A DNA stretch of 64,000 nucleotides from IMG/VR virus record IMGVR_UViG_3300031912_000009, positions 1,418-65,417 of that record; one strand, given 5' to 3'. The DNA is from a virus. Taxonomy: Duplodnaviria > Caudoviricetes. The notes under the pieces were generated by a model that saw nothing but the letters and a program-made list of their open reading frames with translations, was not told the DNA's origin and ran no database searches. Within the stretch, counting starts at the first letter, position 1. Each line of letters starts with the position of its first letter. Of this stretch, positions 27,601 to 34,928 are shown in pieces. The translations under genes and the position numbers were made by a program.

Positions 27601-30169
27601 CGGCGTATCGATCTCGAGCTTGGCAAATACCACGACCCAATCGGCACTCAGTACCGGCATCGGAGTGTGGCTAGCTCCGACACAGACGGTCGGTCTGGTC
27701 AGCACGATCGGCACGGTCGTTACGATCTTGAGTACCGTTCAAGTTAACGTTGTCGCGGGAGGTGCCGCACCGGGTACGACATTCACTGGACAGACTAGCA
27801 ATACCGCGCAGCTTGTTTGGCTCGCTCAGACGCAAACTCTGTCTTTGGTCAGCACCATCGTGACTGTTCTGGGAACGGTTAACGTAGCTATTGTGCCATC
27901 TGCGTTGGTGTCTGGCACGGTTTCGTTGGTAACGATTTCATCTGTTGGCACCATTGTCACTCTGCTTGGTGCGGTGAATATCAGTGGTACGGTTGCAGTC
28001 TCTCAAGCTGCATTCACTACGGCCAGCTCGGGACTTACAGCAACCGCAACCGGATTGATCGTCGTAGCAACTGGCACCGTGACTGCGGTTGTGACTGGTG
28101 TGGTGTCGGTATCGAATATCGCGACCGGGACGATATCCGTTAGCAATGTCGTCAGCGTCACTGGCACCTCACTCAATGTGGTCGCCAGCGGGACTGTGTC
28201 GCTTGTTACGATATCGTCGGTCGGCACGATCGTTACAATTCTTGGTACGCAAGTCGTGAGTGTCGTGCCTGGAGTGTCGGTGTCCGCCGTAGTGTCTGGC
28301 ACCGTCGCGATCTCACAGGCTGCCTATACGACGGCCTCATCGGGACTAACGGCCACTGCAACAGGATTGATCGTAGTGGCCACCGGCACTGTGACGGCTG
28401 TAGTGACTGGCACAGTCTCGCTGGTGACAGTATCTAGCGTTGGCACCGTCGTTACATTGCTTGGCACGGTGCTGATGTCGCTTGTTCCAGGCGGCTCGAT
28501 CTCAGCTATTGGGACCGGCACTCTTTCATTAGTCACGGTCTCATCGGTCGGCACGGTGGTGACGTTATTGGGAACGGTTAACGTTGCACCTGTTCAGCAA
28601 GCCTACACGACTGCATCAAGCGGCCTGACTGCGACTGCAACCGGATTGATAGTTGTTGCTACCGGCACTGTCACGGCTATCGTCAATAGCATCGTCAGCA
28701 CCGTTTTGGTGAACGTAGTCGCGGGCGCGGCGGGCGGCGCGCCGGCTACAGCAACCTCTCAGAGTGCCATGTCCACGGCTATGGGAGTGTGGCTCGCCCC
28801 CACACAGACCATGACCGTGACTGTTGCTACCGGCACGGTCAACGTTACCAGCACGGTGGTTATCAGTGGCACTGTCAGTTTGGTGACCATTTCGAGTGTT
28901 GGAACGATTGTTACCTTATTAGGTGCAGTTAATATTAGCGGTACTATTGCGCAGTCTCAGGCTGCCTATACGACAGCTAGCTCTGGACTTACCGCAACTG
29001 CGACCGGCATCATTGCGGTGGTGACTGGTACTGTGACGGCTACCGTAGTCGGCACGGTCAACGTCGTATCGATCACTGCGCTCAGTACCATAATCACAAT
29101 TCTCGGTACTCAGGTCGTGACGGTTGTGCCGGGATTGTCGGTTAGCGCTGTGGTCAGCGGTACGGTCACTGTCGGCAACACAATCAATGTCACCGCGCCA
29201 GGATTGACGGTCACGACCACGCAATCCGCTTTGACCACGGGTCAACCGATCTGGCTGGCTCCGACCCAGACTATGGGTGTGATATCAACCATTGTCTCAG
29301 TCCTGACAGTCGTCACAATTCTCGGCACTCAGGTCGTCACCGTTGTGCCTGGATTGTCGGTCAGCGCTCAAGTTAGCGGTACAGTTTCGATCAGCGGCGG
29401 CGGCGGCGGTATCGGCACAACGTTTACTGGACAGACCAGCAACACTGCGCAGTTGGTGTGGTTAGCGCAAACGCAAACGTTGAGCGTTCTCAGCACTGTT
29501 GTCACGTTACTTGGAACTGTCAATGTCACCATTGTCAGCAATACGACGAATGTCACCGGCACCGTTTCGCTGGTTACAGTTTCATCGGTTGGCACGATCG
29601 TCACTTTATTAGGAACGATAAATGTTAGCGGCTCGCAGGTGATTACTGGCACTGTCAGTATTAGCGGTGGCGTGACGATGGCACAGTCTGGTCAGACGCA
29701 GGTATTGCTATACTTTACGGGTACAAGCGTACAGAATAACAACCTACTCGCTAGTATCACTCTATATACTGGCAATACACGGGTTGCTGTCACGACGTTA
29801 TATGCGGTCCCGTCAGGTAAGACTCTTAGGATAATGTATATAGCCGGGCTTGCGCTGCTATCTACGGCTGGGGCTGGCGGCACGAACAATGGTTATGGGA
29901 TCGTCCAAGTTCTTTGTGCTACAGCGGCCGCAAGCATCACAAATACCGCCACTGTTGGTGTCGTCGCGCAGGCTTTTTACATCATTAACCCAATGGCTGG
30001 CGCAAGCGGGTCCACATTTTCGCCGCTCCCTCCTCAAACGTCATTTTATGTAGGGGATATCTATGCCGACGTTCCTGGCACCACTACGATTGGTATTTTC
30101 GTTAACCCGCAAGGTACTGGTGCTAACCAACCAACTATAGCAGTAGCGGTCGGTGGATATTTGTTCTGA
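24602..30169 (+). CDS. Giant Thr/Val/Ser/Gly-rich repetitive fibre-like protein (1855 aa)
   Basis: Uninterrupted ORF built from at least four shuffled repeat units, with a distinct C-terminal globular domain. Confidence 0.9.
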   Translation: MADPNGRNSPPDLGAYSNAAPAAGVAMGAVDASGNLQPLSISPTGGLIVAGSFAAGFSTTALAVTTQTNGTGALVWLAPTQTLNVAIGASTAIATTTQAAVTGAIVWLAPTQTVTAQVSGSVQVSGTVSVSGASFSSTAVATTTQSGQSGVTGAVVWLGPAQTITAQVSGQVQVSGTVSVASGTVSVSGLTPTTTASGMSGVTGLPVWVGNPGGNTTVVSGTVTVSNPIQVSGLTPTTTASGMSGVTGLPVWVGNPGGNTTVVSGTVSLVTVSSVGTIVTLLGTVLVSEAAAISISSIVATTTASGLSGVTGLPVWVANPGGNTTVVSLTGSALVSGTVSLVTVSSVGTVVTLLGTINVSGPVQISGITPTTTGSGLSGVAGLPVWIAPGGGATTVVSLTGSALVSGTVSISTAVVATTTQTAATGELVWLAATQTLAVISTVGTVLGTVAVNVVAGGAAPGTTFTGQTSNTAQLVWLAQTQTLSLISTIVTVLGTLQVSGTIQISSVQVTASTPTATATGMVVWMANPPGAANAPGTTFTGQTSNTAQLVWLAQTQTLSLISTIVTVLSTVNVSGTVQLSAVTPTTTASGLSGVTGVPVWVANPTQLSVSALGTTFTGQTSNTAQLVWLAQTQTLSLISTIVTIQNTVIVSGPVQISGITPTTTASGLSGVTGLPVWMVGGAGGGTTLISVVSTLITILSTVQVSGTVILSQAAFTTASSGLTATATGLIVVATGTVSAVVTGTVSVSGTVPVTGTIQNVASISTVLGTVVISGPVQISGITPTTTASGLSGVTGLPVWMVGGGGGGTTLISVVSTLITILSTVQVSGTVNLSQAAFTTASSGLTATATGLIVVATGTVSAVVTGTVSVSNTVAVAASGTVSLVTISSVGTVVTLLGTVLVSITPSALVSGTLSFSGAAFTTASSGLTATATGLIVVATGTVTAVVTGVVSVSNIATGTVSVSNVVSVTGTSLNVVASGTVSLVTVSSVGTIVTLLGVVGVSISSLANTTTQSALSTGIGVWLAPTQTVGLVSTIGTVVTILSTVQVNVVAGGAAPGTTFTGQTSNTAQLVWLAQTQTLSLVSTIVTVLGTVNVAIVPSALVSGTVSLVTISSVGTIVTLLGAVNISGTVAVSQAAFTTASSGLTATATGLIVVATGTVTAVVTGVVSVSNIATGTISVSNVVSVTGTSLNVVASGTVSLVTISSVGTIVTILGTQVVSVVPGVSVSAVVSGTVAISQAAYTTASSGLTATATGLIVVATGTVTAVVTGTVSLVTVSSVGTVVTLLGTVLMSLVPGGSISAIGTGTLSLVTVSSVGTVVTLLGTVNVAPVQQAYTTASSGLTATATGLIVVATGTVTAIVNSIVSTVLVNVVAGAAGGAPATATSQSAMSTAMGVWLAPTQTMTVTVATGTVNVTSTVVISGTVSLVTISSVGTIVTLLGAVNISGTIAQSQAAYTTASSGLTATATGIIAVVTGTVTATVVGTVNVVSITALSTIITILGTQVVTVVPGLSVSAVVSGTVTVGNTINVTAPGLTVTTTQSALTTGQPIWLAPTQTMGVISTIVSVLTVVTILGTQVVTVVPGLSVSAQVSGTVSISGGGGGIGTTFTGQTSNTAQLVWLAQTQTLSVLSTVVTLLGTVNVTIVSNTTNVTGTVSLVTVSSVGTIVTLLGTINVSGSQVITGTVSISGGVTMAQSGQTQVLLYFTGTSVQNNNLLASITLYTGNTRVAVTTLYAVPSGKTLRIMYIAGLALLSTAGAGGTNNGYGIVQVLCATAAASITNTATVGVVAQAFYIINPMAGASGSTFSPLPPQTSFYVGDIYADVPGTTTIGIFVNPQGTGANQPTIAVAVGGYLF

Positions 30170-30186
30170 TAACTGGAGACAGTAGA

Positions 30187-32001
30187 ATGCAGAATTATAT
30201 GTTGGTGCCGCAACAGGGTGTCGAGCCTGCGGATGAATGGATCAGGCTTGGTGTTGAGGCGCAAGTTGCAAATCGATTTGATGATGCCGATCGGCATTAT
30301 CGTCAGGCGCTGCGGGCTGATCCGCGCAATGCCATCGCGACATTGAACTTTGCGATTTTGTATGTACAGCGAGGCAATCTGAATGAAGCATTGCTGACGA
30401 TTGAACGAGCGTTGATGTTCGATAAGGGACATGCGGTCATTGAGATGAACCACGCGCTGATGTTGTTGGATGCTGACCGTATTGATGAAGCGTTGACCGC
30501 AGGAAAACGTGCGGTAGCCATGACGAAAGATCCTAATGAGATCAATCCGAAGCTTGCGCTTGCGATGATCCTTGCGACTGCTGGTCACGCGGCAGATGCG
30601 GTTCCGCTTTATAATGAAATCCTCGATAAGCAACCAGAACATCCGTTGGCCGGACCGAATAGCTGTTTCATTCAAACCTTATGCGATTGCACGCCAGAGG
30701 ATTTATTGGCGCAGCGTAAGCGTTGGTACAGCGCTCATCGGTATAAAGGAACGGTCAAAGGCCATAACGTTCACGATCGATCATGGCCGCGGCCATTGCG
30801 AGTTGGCTATGTATCGCCTGACTTCAAGACACATTCGGCTTCGATGATTTACCGTAATGTAATTATGCATCACGATCTGAATGTTGTGGTGCCGTATTTT
30901 TATTCTACGCTTCCGGTCGATCCGAATACCGATATGTTCACCAAGCAATTTATGGATTCGGCTGGCGATCGCTGGCGAGATCTTGTCGGGAAAACCGATG
31001 ATGAAGCTGAGCGCATGATCCGCAATGATGAGATCGATATTCTGGTCGATCTTGCTGGCCACACCAATGGTAATCGTCTGACGATCTTCACACGGAAGCC
31101 GGCGCCAATCCAAATCTGCGCATGGGGCTTCGCCCATGGAACGGGGTTGCCTGAGATAGATTATTTCTTTGCCGATGAGGTATCGGTGCCGCAGAACGAG
31201 CGGCAATACTTTGCCGAGAAGATCTATGATTTGCCATGCATTCTGACTTACGAGGATGTGGGTCAAGGCGGCATTGGCAATGGTTCCGATCACATTCCGT
31301 TCCGGCAGAATGGCTACATCACCTTTGGCAGTTCCGCTCGTTATGAAAAGCTGTCCGCTGAGTGCTTGAAGGTCTTCTCCGAGATTATGAAACGGGTGCC
31401 TGACGCGGTCCTGCGGCTGAAGGATTCGGCTTATCGCCGCCCTTATGCGATCAAGCGGGTGACGGAAGCAATGCCGGACATCGACCCGAAGCGCCTGCAT
31501 TTTCTGATTGCCACTAGCCATCCGGAACACATGCAGGCTTATCGTGCGGCCGATCTCCAGCTTGATCCGTTTCCCCATGGTGGTGGCGTAGTAGCGCTAG
31601 AACAGATTTTCATGGGATTGCCGATTATCACTCTGCGAGGCCGGCAACCATCTGGTCGTAATACGGCCAGTGTTCTCCACGCCATGGGGCGCGACGAGTG
31701 GATTGCCGACACCAAGGAACAGTATGTGGAGATTGCCGTCCGGTTGGCTGACGATATTAAGACGCTGCGCGCCTGTCGTAATAGTCTGCGCGGTGAACTT
31801 TTGAACTCGCCTGTGGTAAAAGGTTATCGGGAAGCTGTGGAGGCAGCTTACCGGGATATCTGGGAGAAGTTTATCGGCAAGCGGGCGGCACCACAGGCAG
31901 AGGTGTTGCCGCCAGCGAAGAAGAAAGGACGACCGAAGAAGGAAGTGCCAGTTCCCCCACTGACTGGAAACGGCAAGGATGGCCTCGAGCGGCACCTATA
32001 A
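30187..32001 (+). CDS. TPR + SPINDLY/OGT-type glycosyltransferase (CAZy GT41-like)
   Basis: About four N-terminal TPRs; LRVGYVSPDFKTHS, IDILVDLAGHT, KPAPIQ, TGLPEIDY, ITFGS, DLQLDPFPHGGG..MGLPIITL. Confidence 0.93.
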   Translation: MQNYMLVPQQGVEPADEWIRLGVEAQVANRFDDADRHYRQALRADPRNAIATLNFAILYVQRGNLNEALLTIERALMFDKGHAVIEMNHALMLLDADRIDEALTAGKRAVAMTKDPNEINPKLALAMILATAGHAADAVPLYNEILDKQPEHPLAGPNSCFIQTLCDCTPEDLLAQRKRWYSAHRYKGTVKGHNVHDRSWPRPLRVGYVSPDFKTHSASMIYRNVIMHHDLNVVVPYFYSTLPVDPNTDMFTKQFMDSAGDRWRDLVGKTDDEAERMIRNDEIDILVDLAGHTNGNRLTIFTRKPAPIQICAWGFAHGTGLPEIDYFFADEVSVPQNERQYFAEKIYDLPCILTYEDVGQGGIGNGSDHIPFRQNGYITFGSSARYEKLSAECLKVFSEIMKRVPDAVLRLKDSAYRRPYAIKRVTEAMPDIDPKRLHFLIATSHPEHMQAYRAADLQLDPFPHGGGVVALEQIFMGLPIITLRGRQPSGRNTASVLHAMGRDEWIADTKEQYVEIAVRLADDIKTLRACRNSLRGELLNSPVVKGYREAVEAAYRDIWEKFIGKRAAPQAEVLPPAKKKGRPKKEVPVPPLTGNGKDGLERHL

Positions 32002-32674
32002 CTTTGCGCCTAGTAACGGTGAGTTGGTTCTATCCGCTTACGAGCGGATACAGATCCGTGCGCCTGAGATTCGCCAGGAACATATGTTCACTGCGCGCCG
32101 CGAATTGAACTACATGTTCAGTTCGTGGTCGAACATGACGCCGAACCTCTGGGAGGTGATCCGGACCCAGACGACGCTGGTCAAAGGCACTGCTACCTAC
32201 AGCATTCCGCCGCAGTTCATTATGATCTTGGACGCCTCGATCGTCCTGAATTTCGGGCTGGCAAATGAATCGCGCCGTTACATAACGCCGATCAGCCGTA
32301 CCGAATATCTGAGCTTCTCCAATCAACAGGTTCTCGGTCCGCCGACCGTGTTCTGGTTTGACCGGCTGATCTCGCCGACCGTTACGTTCTGGCCAGTGCC
32401 GGATCAGAATTCGACCTACACCTTCGATTGGTACGGCTGCACACAGCAGTTCGACGCCAACCTTGCCGGTGGCGAAACGCCGGATATCCCGTATCGCTGG
32501 ATCGATGCTTTAGTTGCCGGCTTGGCGCATCGATTAAGTCGCGTCTACGCACCACAACTTGAACAGCAACGCAGCGCTGATGCTGATAAGGCATGGGAAG
32601 CCGCGGCGGCTCAGGACACTGAGAACGTTGGGTTCATGCTGGCACCGGGCCTCGCGCAGTATTACCGGAGGTAA
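31979..32674 (+). CDS. Head-tail adaptor (P22 gp4-like position)
   Basis: MASSGTYNF...ARRELNYMFSSWSN..PNLW...ISRTEY...WPVPD...DIPYRWIDALVAGLA. Confidence 0.75.
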   Translation: MASSGTYNFAPSNGELVLSAYERIQIRAPEIRQEHMFTARRELNYMFSSWSNMTPNLWEVIRTQTTLVKGTATYSIPPQFIMILDASIVLNFGLANESRRYITPISRTEYLSFSNQQVLGPPTVFWFDRLISPTVTFWPVPDQNSTYTFDWYGCTQQFDANLAGGETPDIPYRWIDALVAGLAHRLSRVYAPQLEQQRSADADKAWEAAAAQDTENVGFMLAPGLAQYYRR

Positions 32675-32677
32675 ATC

Positions 32678-33049
32678 ATGCGACCTCACCCTAGACGTAC
32701 TGTTACTAACCCGCGCAATCCTCGAGCGTGGGGAACGTGCGATCGATCAGGATTTATCACGAACCATGAGAAGCTGTGCTGGCAGTTCGACTGGCGCGGT
32801 ACGCACATCGAGAACCTTCACATCTTGGTTTGTGCGGACATGCTGGATGAGCCGCAGCGTCAGCTCGGGGTGCTGATCCTGCCGCCAGATCCGGAACCGA
32901 TCATGAATGCGCGCCCTGAACCATATGCGATGGAGGAAATGACCACGCGCGTGGAGATGGATAAGGTCACCGATCGCACGCAGATGGATACGACGCAGCG
33001 CGAGGAAAGCAATCTGCAAGGTACGCGCACTGTCGTACCTCCGGTGTAA
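32678..33049 (+). CDS. Conserved neck-region protein
   Basis: AWGTCDRSGF...WRG...LVCAD..DEPQ...PPDPEPI..ARP. Confidence 0.7.
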   Translation: MRPHPRRTVTNPRNPRAWGTCDRSGFITNHEKLCWQFDWRGTHIENLHILVCADMLDEPQRQLGVLILPPDPEPIMNARPEPYAMEEMTTRVEMDKVTDRTQMDTTQREESNLQGTRTVVPPV

Positions 33050-33052
33050 GCT

Positions 33053-33541
33053 ATGGTTGCAACTCCCGGCACTATCCCGGCAATGACGCCGTATCAACCC
33101 GGCGCATTGCCGTGGTCCGGTCAAGAAGTCATAGAGATCGCATCCAGTAATAATGCGACCGTGGCCGTCACTGGCTATGTGCCGCTGACTGATGTTCTCG
33201 GCAAAGGCATCAGCCAATTGCCGTTGGTTGTGCCGACAACTGCCGATCGGGTGGCGATCTTCCAAGCATCTACTGGTCTGCCAAAGTCCGCTACCTTTGG
33301 CAGTATCTCAGTGCCGGCTGGCAATGTGAACACAGGTGGTGGCACTGGTACGCTCTATGTCAAGAATTCAGCGACGAACTTTGACGCAAGCTTTACGACG
33401 ACGCTGCCGTGTAACGGAACACCGACCGGAATTCCGAATCTGCCGAACGGCACTACTGGTCACGCACCAATGGTGTTCGATACTGCGAATAACAAGCTCT
33501 GGTTTTACAACGGGGCGTGGAAGGGCGCGACGTTTAGCTAA
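33053..33541 (+). CDS. Virion structural protein (short fibre-like)
   Basis: C-terminal APMVFDTANNKLWFYNGAW motif. Confidence 0.65.
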   Translation: MVATPGTIPAMTPYQPGALPWSGQEVIEIASSNNATVAVTGYVPLTDVLGKGISQLPLVVPTTADRVAIFQASTGLPKSATFGSISVPAGNVNTGGGTGTLYVKNSATNFDASFTTTLPCNGTPTGIPNLPNGTTGHAPMVFDTANNKLWFYNGAWKGATFS

Positions 33542-34257
33542 TGCCGTACAACTATACCGCTTATGTGAATTCGATCGGGGCGCTCGCGGTGGTGACGACG
33601 ACTGATGTGAATTTCCAAAACATGCTTCCGAATGCCATTGACTATGGCGAACAGCGTATCTTTCGTGATCTGAACCTAATCGCAAACCGAGTGAGGGATC
33701 AGACTGGAGCCTTTACGGCTAATAGCCGGACGTTAGCGCTGCCTAGCTCGGCAGGAACGTTTGTTCAGATCCAGGCTGTCAACGTGGTCACGCCGTTTAC
33801 AGCGACAGTGCTGACAGGCACGCGCAATTCGCTGATCCCGGCAGCGCTGCGAACTATCGATTTCCTTTATCCGCTTGAGACCACGTCAGGCACATCGGTC
33901 CCGTATCTCTACGCGCATTTCAATCAGACCACGCTCATTGTTGGTCCTTCGCCGGATCAGAATTATCCCGTCGAGGTGATCGGCACTATCCGGCCGCTAC
34001 CGTTGTCCGCCAGCAATGGGACAACGTTTCTCTCGCAGTATCTGCCTGATCTGTTCATAGCGGCCTCGATGATCTTCGTATCTGGTTATCTCCAGAATTT
34101 CGGCCAGCAATCCGACAATCCGCAGATGGCGCAAAGCTGGGAGAAGCAATACGAAAGCTTGCTGGAGAGTGCCGGGAAGGAAGAGGTCAGGAAGAAATTC
34201 GATATGGCCTATTCCGGAATTAGGACGGCCACGCCGGCCGCTGGTGGCCCAGTATGA
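33541..34257 (+). CDS. Tail adaptor-like protein, paralogue A
   Basis: NAIDYGEQRIFRDLNL...GPSPDQNY.VE..G...YLPDLFIAASM. Confidence 0.72.
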   Translation: MPYNYTAYVNSIGALAVVTTTDVNFQNMLPNAIDYGEQRIFRDLNLIANRVRDQTGAFTANSRTLALPSSAGTFVQIQAVNVVTPFTATVLTGTRNSLIPAALRTIDFLYPLETTSGTSVPYLYAHFNQTTLIVGPSPDQNYPVEVIGTIRPLPLSASNGTTFLSQYLPDLFIAASMIFVSGYLQNFGQQSDNPQMAQSWEKQYESLLESAGKEEVRKKFDMAYSGIRTATPAAGGPV

Positions 34258-34928
34258 TGACGTACAGCGATTTGGTTCTGCGCTTTGTCGAGCTAGGCGG
34301 GACGATCCAAGCCGATATTAATTTGCCGATTGCTATTCCGGCAGCGATCGATGCTGCCGAGAACCGTTGCTATCGCGATCTCGATCTGCTTGCCACCGTT
34401 GTTGCCGATATTAGTGGGACCTTTACTGCCGGTAATAGTTTGCAGGCTTTACCTTCAGGTTCCGGCACGATGGTCGTACTTGATCAGCTTATTGCTTACA
34501 CCACTGGAACCACTGTTAATCTTTTACCTGTTTCTCTTGCGTATTTGTATGCCACGGGAAGCCAGCCCAACGCGATCCCGCAATACTTTGCGATGAGAGA
34601 TCAGTTCAGCGTGACTGTCTCGCCCACTCCGGATCAGGACTACGGCATGCTTGCTTACGGCACGGTTCGACCGGCGCCACTCGGATCGTCCAATATCACT
34701 ACGCTATTGACCACATATTTTTCCGACATGTTTACAGCCGCGGCGATGTCATTTGCTTTGCAAAGTCAAACGGCCAGCCCGCTCGTCAGTCAGCAAGCGC
34801 AGCAATGGGAAACGAATTATCAGACCTTGCTGAAATCTGCATTAGTCGAGGAGAACCGCAAGAAATTCTATGCCGAGGGGTGGTCAAGCAAGCAACCTTC
34901 ACCGATTGTAACGCCACCGAGGACATAA
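34254..34928 (+). CDS. Tail adaptor-like protein, paralogue B
   Basis: AAIDAAENRCYRDLDL...SPTPDQDY...YFSDMFTAAAM; alignable end to end with 33541..34257. Confidence 0.72.
   Translation: MMTYSDLVLRFVELGGTIQADINLPIAIPAAIDAAENRCYRDLDLLATVVADISGTFTAGNSLQALPSGSGTMVVLDQLIAYTTGTTVNLLPVSLAYLYATGSQPNAIPQYFAMRDQFSVTVSPTPDQDYGMLAYGTVRPAPLGSSNITTLLTTYFSDMFTAAAMSFALQSQTASPLVSQQAQQWETNYQTLLKSALVEENRKKFYAEGWSSKQPSPIVTPPRT

Noticed and set aside
24602-30169. CRISPR array or DNA-level tandem repeat
   Set aside because: The repeats are conserved in protein but synonymously diverged in DNA, irregularly spaced and within one ORF.
24602-30169. Tape measure protein
   Set aside because: The composition is beta-type and charge-free rather than helical Ala/Lys/Glu-rich, and no tail tube or chaperone genes are present.
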